Part shown: one piece after another, positions 26,912 to 41,207 of the stretch
Layout: each line of letters opens with the position of its first letter
Position numbering within the stretch: position 1 is the stretch's first letter
Source: Humidesulfovibrio sp.
Lineage (GTDB): Bacteria > Desulfobacterota > Desulfovibrionia > Desulfovibrionales > Desulfovibrionaceae
DNA: 58,106 bases
Direction of reading: 5' to 3'
Assembly (NCBI RefSeq): GCF_035560995.1
Contig: NZ_DATMYK010000186.1
Coordinates: 1-58,106 of the forward strand
Program-made: the position numbers and the translations under genes
Notes under the pieces: generated by a model
The model's database searches: none
Seen by the model: the letters and a program-made list of their open reading frames with translations, nothing else
Told to the model about the DNA's origin: nothing

Positions 26912-28045
26912 ATGACCGCTCCCCTTTCCTCCCCCCAGGGCCAGCCGAAGCACCCGGACCACCTGCGCGGCGTCAACCTCGGCGGCTGGCTGGTGCTTGA
27001 AAAATGGATGACCCCCAGCCTCTTCGAGGGCCTGGAGGCCACGGACGAGACCACCTGGTGCGCGGAGCTGGGGGACAAGGCCCCGGAGCGCCTGCGCGCG
27101 CACTGGAACAGCTTCATCACGCGGGAGGACTTCGCCTGGCTGGCCGGGGTGGACGTCAACGCCGTGCGCATCCCCGTGGGGCACTGGATCTTCGGCCCGC
27201 CGTACCCGCACCACGAAAAATACGGCGCGCACCCGCACCCCTTCGTCACGGGCGGCATCGACGTGCTGGACCGCGCCTTCAAGTGGGCTGCGGAGTTCGG
27301 CCTGCGCGTCATCGTGGATCTGCACGCCGCGCCCGGCTGCCAGAACGGCTTCGACAACGGCGGCATCATGGGCGTTGTGGAGTGGCACACCAAGGAGGAA
27401 TACCTGGCGCACTCCGTGGACGTGCTGGGCAGGCTGGCCGAGCGCTACCGCGCCGAACCCGCCCTCTACGGCATCGAACTTCTGAACGAACCCCGCTGGG
27501 ACGTGCCCACGGACCTGCTGAAGGGCTTCTACCTGCGCGCCGAGGCGGCCGTGCGCGCCCACTGCCCCGCGGACCGGGTGGCTGTGGTGTTCCACGACGG
27601 CTTCCGCACCCACCGGGAATACCTGGGCTTCCTGCAAGCTCCGCAGCACGAGAACGTCATCTACGACATCCATCGCTACCAGTGCTTCAGCCGCGAGGAC
27701 CTGGACATGGACATCCACGGCCACCTGCGCAAGGCCGGGGTCGAATGGGGCCAGGAGCTGCGCGACATCCGCGAGGAGCTCACGCTGCCGACGATCGTGG
27801 GCGAGTGGAGCCTGGGGCTGAACCTTGAGGTGGTGTCGCTGTGGGCCGAGGGGCCGTATGACTATGCGCTGACCGGCATGGGCGACTTCCAGCGCGACCT
27901 GTCCTACCGGGCCTACGCGGCCGCGCAGCTCTTGGCCTTTGAGCAGTGCCGGGGCTGGTTCTTCTGGAGCTACCGCACGGAAACCACGCCGGAGTGGTGC
28001 TTCCGCCAGTGCGTGGAGCGCGGCTGGCTGCCGGCCAAGTTCTAG
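26912..28045 (+). CDS. Glycoside hydrolase family 5 (exo-1,3-beta-glucanase-like)
   Basis: RGVNLGGWLVLEKWMTPSLF, NAVRIPVG, DLHAAPGCQNGFDN, catalytic NEP and GEW; no signal peptide. Confidence 0.92.
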   Translation: MTAPLSSPQGQPKHPDHLRGVNLGGWLVLEKWMTPSLFEGLEATDETTWCAELGDKAPERLRAHWNSFITREDFAWLAGVDVNAVRIPVGHWIFGPPYPHHEKYGAHPHPFVTGGIDVLDRAFKWAAEFGLRVIVDLHAAPGCQNGFDNGGIMGVVEWHTKEEYLAHSVDVLGRLAERYRAEPALYGIELLNEPRWDVPTDLLKGFYLRAEAAVRAHCPADRVAVVFHDGFRTHREYLGFLQAPQHENVIYDIHRYQCFSREDLDMDIHGHLRKAGVEWGQELRDIREELTLPTIVGEWSLGLNLEVVSLWAEGPYDYALTGMGDFQRDLSYRAYAAAQLLAFEQCRGWFFWSYRTETTPEWCFRQCVERGWLPAKF

Positions 28046-28126
28046 GACGGAGTATTTGGGCCGGGCGGGGAGCCGGGCTCTTTCAAGCGCAGGCGCCGGG
28101 CAAAGGGCCGGAACGCGCGGCTAGGC

Positions 28127-29944
28127 CTAGCCGCCGTTCTGGCCGTTTCCGTTCTGGCCGTTTCCGTTCTGGCCGTTGCCATTCTGGCCGCGGCGCATGC
28201 CGAAGAGCACCTTGGTCTCGGTGGAACGGTTGAGCGTCACGGTGCGGCCGTGCAGCACGCTCAGGTCCGGGTGGAAGCTGATGTTCAGCACCGTGGAGCC
28301 GGGCAGCTGCTGGAAGAGCGTGTCCAGAATCTGCCGCTCGCCTTCGGGATCAAAGGCGTCCGTGGCTTCTTCCAGGAAGATCCACGGCGGCTGGTGCAGC
28401 AGCACGCGCACGAAGCCCAGTTGCTGCTGCACGCGCTGCGGCAGCACCTGCTCCCAGTTGTCGTACTCGTCCAGCCGCGCGGTGAGCCGCGAAAGGCCCA
28501 CGCTCTCCATGGCGCGGATGATGATGTCGTCGCCGCAGGCGCCCTGCATGCGCGGGTAGCAGATGACCTCGCGCAGGGTGCCCTCCGGCAGGAAGGGCCG
28601 CTGGGCCACGAAGAACATCTCCTCCACTCCCGGCAGGCGCACGCAGCCGCTGCCCCAGGGCCACAGGCCCCCAAGCACCTTGAACAGGCTGCCCGTCACG
28701 CCGGGGTCACCATTGATGAGCACCCGTTCGCCCCGTTCGATGCGCAGGCTCAAGCCCTCGATGAGCACCCGGCCCGAGGGCTCGGCGATGCACAGGTCCT
28801 CCGCTGCCAGGCCGTCGCCCGGCACGCGCTCCAGGGCGATGTGCGGTCCGGACTGGGCCTGGGCGTAGCCGTCCATCTCCTGCATGTCCTCGTGCAGCGA
28901 GAGCACGCGCTCGGCCGAGGCCCGGCAGCGCGCTATCTCGCCGATGTTGTCCACCGGCCAGGAAAGAGAGGACGTGAGCTGCTGGAAGGCCTGCGCGGCC
29001 TGCATCAGCGCGCCCAGGGTCATGGCCCCGCTGATGTACTGGGGCGCGGCCACCAGGATGGGCAGGATGGGCAGCAGCGAGCCGTAGGCCGTGCCGAAGG
29101 ACACGAGCCCCAGGTAGGCCAGAGACTGCCGGTTCCAGTCGCGCATGACCTGCCGGAAGCGTGTGCCGGAGCCCGCCCGCTCAAGGGGTTCGCCGCGCAT
29201 GAGGGCGATGGCCTCGCTGTGCTCGCGCACGCGGGAAAGGCCGAAGCGGAAGGTGGCCTCCGCCGTTTGCAGGGCGTTGGTGGTGCGCACCAGCGGGCGG
29301 CCCACCACCCAGCCGAAGGAACTGCCCAGGGCGGCGTACAGAAAGGCCAGGGGCACCATGTAGCCGGGCACGTGCACGCTGGTGCCGGGCACGTCTATGC
29401 CGCCGGAAACGTCCCAGAGGATGTTCACGAACATGCCGAGCGTCAGCAGGCTGAAGGTCAGAGAATGCGCCAGGCCGATGGCGCTTTCCGTGGCGATACG
29501 GATGTCCTCGGCGATGCGCTGGTCCGGGTTGTCGTGCTCGCCGGGGGTGAAGCCCAGGCGGTAGTGCCGGGCCTCGTCCAGCCAGCGGCTTGTCAGCCGC
29601 TCGGTGAGCCAGGCGCGCCAGTCTATCTGCAGCCAGCGCTTGACCATGAGGTGCGCGGCGGTGACGGTCAGGGAAAGGGAGAGGATGATCCCGAACACGC
29701 CCACCTGCACCAGCACCTTGCGCACGGAGTGCAGTTCCAGGGCGTCGTACAGGCCGCGCTGCCAGTAGTTGCCCCACACGGAAAGCCCCACCTGGCACAT
29801 GGTCAAAAGCAGCAGCAGCAGGATGGCCCCGCGCACCTTGGCCTTGCGCTCGCAGTGCCAGTAGGGGCCGGCCAGGCGCTTCACCTGGCGCAAGAAGCTC
29901 TCGCGCTTGGGGGCCGGTGAGGAGGAGCCGGGGATATCGGTCAT
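28127..29944 (-). CDS. Fused permease/ATPase ABC transporter (YddA / ABCD-like)
   Basis: DNPDQRIAED, EATFRFGL..VRE.SEAIAL; Walker A and signature motifs degenerate (GDPGVTGS; LPQRVQQ); start MTDIPG. Confidence 0.88.
   Translation of the reverse strand: MTDIPGSSSPAPKRESFLRQVKRLAGPYWHCERKAKVRGAILLLLLLTMCQVGLSVWGNYWQRGLYDALELHSVRKVLVQVGVFGIILSLSLTVTAAHLMVKRWLQIDWRAWLTERLTSRWLDEARHYRLGFTPGEHDNPDQRIAEDIRIATESAIGLAHSLTFSLLTLGMFVNILWDVSGGIDVPGTSVHVPGYMVPLAFLYAALGSSFGWVVGRPLVRTTNALQTAEATFRFGLSRVREHSEAIALMRGEPLERAGSGTRFRQVMRDWNRQSLAYLGLVSFGTAYGSLLPILPILVAAPQYISGAMTLGALMQAAQAFQQLTSSLSWPVDNIGEIARCRASAERVLSLHEDMQEMDGYAQAQSGPHIALERVPGDGLAAEDLCIAEPSGRVLIEGLSLRIERGERVLINGDPGVTGSLFKVLGGLWPWGSGCVRLPGVEEMFFVAQRPFLPEGTLREVICYPRMQGACGDDIIIRAMESVGLSRLTARLDEYDNWEQVLPQRVQQQLGFVRVLLHQPPWIFLEEATDAFDPEGERQILDTLFQQLPGSTVLNISFHPDLSVLHGRTVTLNRSTETKVLFGMRRGQNGNGQNGNGQNGNGQNGG
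28134..28190. repeat. 15-bp tandem repeat encoding (GQNGN)n C-terminal tail
   Basis: About four copies of CCGTTCTGGCCGTT(T/G). Confidence 0.9.
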
Positions 29945-30012
29945 GACGTGCGGATTCAACCTGTGATGAGGTTCACTGCCACGCTGGCATGGGCTTCTGC
30001 CACGCAAGCGTT

Positions 30013-30028
30013 CGCAACTTGCGCGCCA
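30013..30028 (-). promoter_or_regulatory. Sigma54 promoter for the ABC transporter
   Basis: TGGCGCG-CAAG-TTGC on the minus strand, about 70 bp upstream of ATG 29944. Confidence 0.6.
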
Positions 30029-30095
30029 ACATAGCAGAAAAAGCTTTCCCTCCACAAGGGCGGTCTATGGGCCCGCCCGCCCGCGCGGGGAGGCT

Positions 30096-32288
<2,193 letters not shown>

Positions 32289-32335
32289 GTGGGCGTTTCC
32301 TTTGCTGTGAAAGGGTTGGAAGTCCGGGACGAGCC

Positions 32336-33280
32336 CTAGCCCTGCGGGCGGAAGAACTGGCCGAGGTTCGCGGGCGGGTTGGCGTTTTTGCGCAGACGCG
32401 AGAAACTCTGCCCAAGGCTGAGCACCAGCAGGGTGAGCAGATACGGCAGGGCGCGCAGCAACCACACCGGGGCCCAGTCCGAACCGCCGGTCTGCATGCT
32501 GAACTGCGCGGCCATGAGCGCCCCGAACAGGAGCCCGCCGCACAAAGCGCGCAGGGGCCGCCACAGGGCGAAGATGACCATGGCGATGGCGATCCAGCCC
32601 TGGCCCGCGCTCATGCCCTCCTTCCAGCCCGGGGTGTAGGAAAGGGACAGAAAGGCCCCGCCCAGACCGCAGAGCGCCCCGCCGAAGCAGGTGCAGCAGT
32701 AGCGCACCAGGGCCACGGGCACGCCGCAGGCATAGGCGGCGGAGGCGTTCTCGCCGCAGGCGCGGACCAGCAGGCCCGCGCGCGTGCGCCCAAGCCCCCA
32801 CCACAGCAGCGGCGCCAGCAGGAGCGCCAGATAGGTGAGCAGCGGCTGATTGAACAGGGCCGGGCCCAGCACGGGCAGCTCCGCCAGGCCGGGAATGGGC
32901 TGGGAGCCCAGCACCAGGCCCGGCGCGCCCAGCAGGTCGCGCCCCAGCACGCCGGCGAGGCCAGCGCCCAAAAGCGAAAGCGCCAGCCCGGAAAGCACCT
33001 GGCTGGCCCCCAGGCTGATGGCGAAAAAGCCGTGGAGCAGCGCGGCGGCGGCTCCGGCCAGGGCGGCCGCCCCCAGGGCCGTCGCAGGGTCGCCCGTGGC
33101 CGCCCCGGCGGCGAAGCCAGCCAGCGCGCCCAGAAGCAGCATGCCCTCCAGGCCCAGGTTCAGCACCCCGGAACGCTCGGCCACGATCTCGCCCAGGCTG
33201 GCCAAGAGCACCGCGGTGGAGGACTTCACCGCGATCTGCCCCAGCAGGGCCAGGTTCTCCAGGTCCAGGCTAGGCAGCAT
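32336..33280 (-). CDS. Nucleoside/sugar ABC transporter permease
   Basis: ERSGVLNLGLEG motif, multiple TM segments. Confidence 0.92.
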   Translation of the reverse strand: MLPSLDLENLALLGQIAVKSSTAVLLASLGEIVAERSGVLNLGLEGMLLLGALAGFAAGAATGDPATALGAAALAGAAAALLHGFFAISLGASQVLSGLALSLLGAGLAGVLGRDLLGAPGLVLGSQPIPGLAELPVLGPALFNQPLLTYLALLLAPLLWWGLGRTRAGLLVRACGENASAAYACGVPVALVRYCCTCFGGALCGLGGAFLSLSYTPGWKEGMSAGQGWIAIAMVIFALWRPLRALCGGLLFGALMAAQFSMQTGGSDWAPVWLLRALPYLLTLLVLSLGQSFSRLRKNANPPANLGQFFRPQG

Positions 33281-34430
33281 GGCCGCCCTCCCCTGGCTTT
33301 TCGCGAGCTGTCACGTCGTGCTCCGGCCCTGTGGGGTCCACCGGCGCGCGCTTCAGGCGCAAGCGCCTGCCCGCCAGGAACTCGCCCAGCAGCGCGCCGA
33401 AGAGCAGTGCGGCCTCCAGGGCCAGAATGGTGCTGCCGGGAAGGCGCAGCTCGGTCTGCAACTGGTCCGCGCCCACAAGCAGCCCGCCCAAAAGCAGCGC
33501 CGCCAGGGGAACCGCCAGCACGTTCAGCCGGGCCAGAAAGGCCACGATGATGCCCGCGAAGCCCAGGCCCGTGGACAGCCCGTCCTGCAGGCGATGCTGC
33601 ACGCCAAGGAGCTCGCCCGCTCCGGCCAGCCCGGCCAGCGCGCCGGAAAGGCACATGGCCGCGACCGTGATGCGCCCGGCGCGGAAGCCCGCATAGGCCG
33701 CGGCTTTGGGGCTCTCGCCCAGGACGCGCGCGCGGAAGCCCCAGCGCGTGCGGCCAAGCAGCCACCACAGGCCCACGGCCAGCACCAGGGCCAAGGGCAG
33801 GCCCCAGTGCACGCGCGTGCCCCATTGCTCCGGCAGGTGCGGCAGCGCGGGCAGCCAGACGGCCTCGGGCAGCTCCGCCGTGCCGGGGAAGCCCATGCCC
33901 TCCGGGTCGCGCCAGGGGCCGAAATACAGGTGCTCCATGAACAGCACGGCCACATAGTTGAGCAGCAGCGTGGACAGGATCTCGCTCACGCCCAGGCGCG
34001 CCTTGAGCAGGGCCGGAGCCAGGGCCCAGGCCGCTCCTCCGGCCATTCCGGCGGCCAGGGCCAGCGGCAGGGCGAACTGCACGGGCCACCACGCGGGCGC
34101 GAACAACGCGGCCCAGCAGGCGCAAACGGCCCCGCTTACGAACTGCCCTTCGGCTCCGATGTTCCACAGGTTCAGGCGGCAGCACAGGGCCACGGCCAGC
34201 CCGGTCAGGGTCAGGGGCGCGGCCTTGAGCAGAATCTCGCTGACGCTGTACGGGCTGCCCAGAGCGCCCTGAGCCATGGCCATCCAGGCCTCGGCAGGCG
34301 CCACCCCGGCCAGGGCAAAGGCCAGGGAGCCGAAGATGCCCGCCGCCGCAAAGGCGCACAGCACGGAAAAGGCCGCGCGCCCGGCCCCGGAGGCGTGCCG
34401 GGGTTCGAAAATCACACGCAGGCCCGTCAT
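33270..34430 (-). CDS. Nucleoside/sugar ABC transporter permease
   Basis: WNIGAEGQ motif, multiple TM segments. Confidence 0.92.
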   Translation of the reverse strand: MTGLRVIFEPRHASGAGRAAFSVLCAFAAAGIFGSLAFALAGVAPAEAWMAMAQGALGSPYSVSEILLKAAPLTLTGLAVALCCRLNLWNIGAEGQFVSGAVCACWAALFAPAWWPVQFALPLALAAGMAGGAAWALAPALLKARLGVSEILSTLLLNYVAVLFMEHLYFGPWRDPEGMGFPGTAELPEAVWLPALPHLPEQWGTRVHWGLPLALVLAVGLWWLLGRTRWGFRARVLGESPKAAAYAGFRAGRITVAAMCLSGALAGLAGAGELLGVQHRLQDGLSTGLGFAGIIVAFLARLNVLAVPLAALLLGGLLVGADQLQTELRLPGSTILALEAALLFGALLGEFLAGRRLRLKRAPVDPTGPEHDVTAREKPGEGGHAA

Positions 34431-36013
34431 GCCCGGCCTCCGGCATCGGCGGCAGCCACGCCGTCCGACTCAGTTCCGAGCCCGGCCATGAGCCTCCCGA
34501 TGCGCCCGAAGGCGTCGGGTTCAGCCGGGTCCACAAAGCCCGCCACACGGCCCCGGTACAGCACGGCCACGCGGTCCGCCAGGGCCAGGGCCTCGGCCGG
34601 GTCGCCGGTGATGAGCAGCACGGCGGCGGGCGTTTCCCCCGCTGCGGCCCTCAGGATGGCCGCGTGCACGTCGGCCACGGCCAGAACGTCCAGGCCCTGC
34701 GTGGGCTGTTCCACAATGAGCAGGGGCGCGGCCTTGGAAAGCTCCCGCGCCAGGATGAACTTCTGCAGGTTGCCGCCGGAAAGCTCCCGCGCCAGGGCGG
34801 TGACGCCGGAGGCTGCGACGTTCATGGCCTGCATGGCCCGCAGCGCGGAGGCCCGGCCCGCGCCGCGCGCGAACACCGCGCCCCGGCTGCCCGTGGTGGA
34901 AAGCAGCATGTTCTCGGCCAGGGTCAGGCCCGGCACGGTGGCCATGCCGTGGCGGTCCTCCGGCACGTAGGCCACAAGTTCCCGTCCCTGGCGCGGCCCG
35001 ATGGCGCGGCCAAGCACGGTGAGTTCGCCGCCCGCCGGGCGCTCCACCCCGCCCAGCACCGCGGCCAAGGCCTCCTGCCCGTTGCCCGCCACGCCCACGA
35101 TGGCCAGGATCTCGCCCCGCGCCACCTCGAAGCTCACGTCCGTGAAGGCTGGCTGCTGGCCCGCGCCGGTGAGCCCGCGCACCACGAGCACGGGTTCTCC
35201 TCTCTGGCGCAGAGCGCGCCCGGCCCCGCCTTGCGACGGGGCGGGCACCACGCGTCCCACCATGAGCCGCGAAAGTTCGGCCATGTCCCAGCCGTCGGTC
35301 CGGGCGGGGTCGCGGGGGATGTTGCGGGCGATCATGCGGCCCCGGCGCAAAACGGACACCTCGTCCGCCGCGCCCGCGATCTCCGAAAGCTTGTGGGTGA
35401 TGAGCACAACGGCCCGGCCCTGGTCGGCCAGGGCGCGCAGGCTGGCGTACAGCGCGCCGATCTCCGCCGGGGCCAGCACGCTGGTGGGCTCGTCCAAAAT
35501 CAGGATGCGCGCGTCGCGGGCGAGGAGCTTCAGAATTTCCAACCGCTGGCGTTCGCCCATGCTCATGTCGGCCACGCGCCTGCGCGAATCCAGGGCCAGG
35601 CCGTGGCGCTCGGCCAGCTCCTCCGCGCGCCGCGCGGACACGGAGCCGCCATCCGCCAAGGCCAGATTCTCCGCCCCGGTCAGGGCCTCCACCAGGGAAA
35701 AACGCTGGTGCACCATGCCGATGCCCGCGCGCATGGCCGCGGCCGGGCTGCCAAGCTCAAGCGGCCGGCCGGAGAGCGCGAGGCTGCCCGCATCAGGCCG
35801 CAGCCAGCCGGAGAGCAGGGACATGAGGGTGCTCTTGCCCGCGCCGTTCTCGCCCAGCAGGGCGTGCACGCGCCCGGCGAAAAGGTCCAGGTCAACGCCG
35901 TCGTTGGCCAGCACGAAGCCCCCGTCGCCCGAAGGCGCGGCAAAGCGTTTGCTGAGCTCCCGGCAGGAAAGCAGGGGCGGTGCGGAGGTCTCGCGCTCAG
36001 GTGCGGCGGTCAC
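34427..36013 (-). CDS. Nucleoside/sugar ABC transporter ATP-binding protein (two NBDs)
   Basis: GENGAGKST, LILDEPT, GVAGNGQ, LSGGNLQK; GTG start with GAGGA RBS. Confidence 0.92.
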   Translation of the reverse strand: MTAAPERETSAPPLLSCRELSKRFAAPSGDGGFVLANDGVDLDLFAGRVHALLGENGAGKSTLMSLLSGWLRPDAGSLALSGRPLELGSPAAAMRAGIGMVHQRFSLVEALTGAENLALADGGSVSARRAEELAERHGLALDSRRRVADMSMGERQRLEILKLLARDARILILDEPTSVLAPAEIGALYASLRALADQGRAVVLITHKLSEIAGAADEVSVLRRGRMIARNIPRDPARTDGWDMAELSRLMVGRVVPAPSQGGAGRALRQRGEPVLVVRGLTGAGQQPAFTDVSFEVARGEILAIVGVAGNGQEALAAVLGGVERPAGGELTVLGRAIGPRQGRELVAYVPEDRHGMATVPGLTLAENMLLSTTGSRGAVFARGAGRASALRAMQAMNVAASGVTALARELSGGNLQKFILARELSKAAPLLIVEQPTQGLDVLAVADVHAAILRAAAGETPAAVLLITGDPAEALALADRVAVLYRGRVAGFVDPAEPDAFGRIGRLMAGLGTESDGVAAADAGGRA

Positions 36014-36084
36014 GTTGGCATCCTCAAAACAGCGGGGGACCAGGTCGCCCCGGTCCCCCTTTACGGTTGTTCGGAACAGCGGGG

Positions 36085-37206
36085 CTACTCCGGCAGCTTG
36101 CCGGAAACGCCCTTGACGAACCAGCGCATGGACAGAAGTTCCTTGTCCGTGGCCTTCTCGCCCTTTCTGACGCGCTCGGCCCCGGCCTGGTCCACGATGG
36201 GCCCGGCGAAGCTCATGTCCTCGCCCTTGGCCATGCGGGCCTTGAGGGCCAGGACCTTGTCGGCCACGGCCTTGGGCACGGCCTTGCCGAAGGGCGCCAG
36301 GCCCACGCTCCCGGCCTCGAAGCCGGTGAACATCTGGTCGTTCCTCCAGGTTCCGGCCAGCACCTTCTTCACCACGTCCACGTACACCGCGCCCCACTCG
36401 AAGGTGGTGGAGGTGAGCACGCAGGCCGCGCCGTATTTTGCGGCGCTGACGCCGTAGCCCACGGCGGGCACGCCCTTGGCGCAGGCGGCCTTGGAGGAAT
36501 CGGAGGTGTCGGCCATCTGGCGGATCAGGTCGTGCTTCTTGGCGGCCAGCACCTCGGCCAGGGTGGTCTCGTTCACGGCGTCGCGCCAGGCCTTGAGCCA
36601 GACGATGGTGTTCAGCTTGTCCGCGTCGTACTTGGCCTTGCTCTCGTCCAGCCCGCGCTTCAGTCCCAGGGTGAAGGCGTTGATGCCGCGCACCACCTCC
36701 GGAATGGGCTGGGTGGCCACGGTGCCCACGTTCTTATAGCCCATAAGCCCGGCCGCGTAGCCCGCCAGATACTCGCCCTGCTCAATGCGCACCATGTAGG
36801 TGCCCATGTTGGGCCGGGTCTTGAAGCCCGCGCAGTGCATGAACTTCACGTTGGGGAACTCTCCGGCCACCTTGTACATGGGCTCCATGTGGGTGAAGGT
36901 GGTGCCGAAGATCAGGTCGTAGCCCTGGCGCGCGTAGTTGCGGATGATGCGCTCGGCATCGGCCGGGGACAGGGCGTTCTCGGTGTAGGAGACCTCCACC
37001 TGGTCGCCCAGCTGTTTCTTCAGGTGCTCGATGCCCTCGTGGTGGGAGGTGGTCCAGCCCTGGTCGTTGATGGTCTCGAGCAGGACGAAGGCCACGCGCA
37101 GCTTCTTGCCCCCGGCCGGGGCGGCCTGAGCCACACCGGCGGCGAGCAGGAGACAGGCCAGGGCGGCCAGCGGCAACAGGAAGGCGAACGATTTATTCAA
37201 GCGCAT
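36085..37206 (-). CDS. BMP-family ABC substrate-binding protein
   Basis: Signal peptide, DQGWTTSH, PIPEVVRGINAFTLG; GGAGGAG RBS. Confidence 0.92.
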   Translation of the reverse strand: MRLNKSFAFLLPLAALACLLLAAGVAQAAPAGGKKLRVAFVLLETINDQGWTTSHHEGIEHLKKQLGDQVEVSYTENALSPADAERIIRNYARQGYDLIFGTTFTHMEPMYKVAGEFPNVKFMHCAGFKTRPNMGTYMVRIEQGEYLAGYAAGLMGYKNVGTVATQPIPEVVRGINAFTLGLKRGLDESKAKYDADKLNTIVWLKAWRDAVNETTLAEVLAAKKHDLIRQMADTSDSSKAACAKGVPAVGYGVSAAKYGAACVLTSTTFEWGAVYVDVVKKVLAGTWRNDQMFTGFEAGSVGLAPFGKAVPKAVADKVLALKARMAKGEDMSFAGPIVDQAGAERVRKGEKATDKELLSMRWFVKGVSGKLPE

Positions 37207-37559
37207 GGGGCTCCTCCATCGTATTCGAGCATCACGCTCGAGCGGCACATTGGGCATGGTTCTTGGCATCGGCCTGACAGCGGGCGCGCCGCCTGCGGCC
37301 GCCGCTTTCCACGGCGAATTGTCATAACGCACCTGGCTCGGCGGAGACAAGCCCTTCTTCGGCCCCCTCCCCGCCCCGGTTCCAAGGGGCTGGCGTGAAG
37401 CCGCGGAGCCAAAGCAGTGCTACGTAGAGTTTTTATGCATATGCCGCAGGCAGGGTCTTGCGCCGTGTTCCTTCGTTGCGCTACAGTGCCATACAAAGGG
37501 TGCCCGTGGGCCCGTCCTGCCGGACAGCGCGGCACGACGCCGGCCCGAAGGAGTGTGCG

Positions 37560-38456
37560 ATGCCCGCGACTGTCAAACGTGCCCGGACCGCCTTGGTCCT
37601 GTGCCTGGCCTTGGCCCTGTGCGGCAGCGCGGCCTTCGCCTCCCCGCGCGACCTGGCCGAAGTGAAGTCCAGCGGGGTGCTGCGCCATCTGGGCATCGCC
37701 TACGCAAACTTCATCACCGGCCAGGGCGACGGCCTGGATGTGGACCTCATGCGGCTGTTCGCCCGGCACCTGGGCGTGCATTATGTGTATGTGCCCACGG
37801 ACTGGGACACCCTGTTCCCGGACCTCACGGGCCGGAAGCACCGCACCAAGGGCGCGGACGTGGAGCTGCTGGGCGAGGCCCCGGTCAAGGGCGACGTCAT
37901 CGCCAGCGGGCTTACCGTGCTGCCCTGGCGGCAGAAGCTGGTGGACTTCTCCCGGCCCACCTTCCCCACCCAGGTGTGGCTGGTGGTCAAGGCCGAATCC
38001 AAAGTAACGCCCATCGCCCCCAGCGGCGACATAAAGAAGGACATCGACCTGACGCGGGGCAAGCTGCGCGGGCTTTCGCTGCTGTGCAAAAGCGGCACCT
38101 GCCTCGACCCGGCCCTGTTCAACCTGGAACCCACGGGCGCGAAACCCCGGCTCTTCCCCGGCAGCCTGAACGACCTGGCTCCGGCGCTGATACTCAAGGG
38201 CGAGACCGACGCCACCCTGCTGGACGTGCCCGACGCCCTGGTGGCCCTGCAGAAGTACCCTGGCAAAATCAAGATCATCGGCCCCATGAGCGACACCCAG
38301 GACATGGCCGTGGCCTTCGCCAAGCAGTCGCCCCGCCTGCGCGAGGAATTCGACCGCTTCTTCGCCGCGCTGCAGCAAAGCGGCGAATACGACCGCATGA
38401 TCAAACGCTACTACCCCTTTGTGACCACGTATTTCCCGAAGTACTTCAGCAAGTAG
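37560..38456 (+). CDS. Periplasmic substrate-binding protein (family 3)
   Basis: Signal peptide, GLDVDL, GDVIASGLTVLPWRQKLVDFS; AAGGAG RBS. Confidence 0.9.
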   Translation: MPATVKRARTALVLCLALALCGSAAFASPRDLAEVKSSGVLRHLGIAYANFITGQGDGLDVDLMRLFARHLGVHYVYVPTDWDTLFPDLTGRKHRTKGADVELLGEAPVKGDVIASGLTVLPWRQKLVDFSRPTFPTQVWLVVKAESKVTPIAPSGDIKKDIDLTRGKLRGLSLLCKSGTCLDPALFNLEPTGAKPRLFPGSLNDLAPALILKGETDATLLDVPDALVALQKYPGKIKIIGPMSDTQDMAVAFAKQSPRLREEFDRFFAALQQSGEYDRMIKRYYPFVTTYFPKYFSK

Positions 38457-38492
38457 CACGGCGCCAGACGCCGGAGCCGGGGGGAAGCGCAT

Positions 38493-41189
<2,697 letters not shown>

Positions 41190-41207
41190 CCCGGAACAAG
41201 GCGCAAA

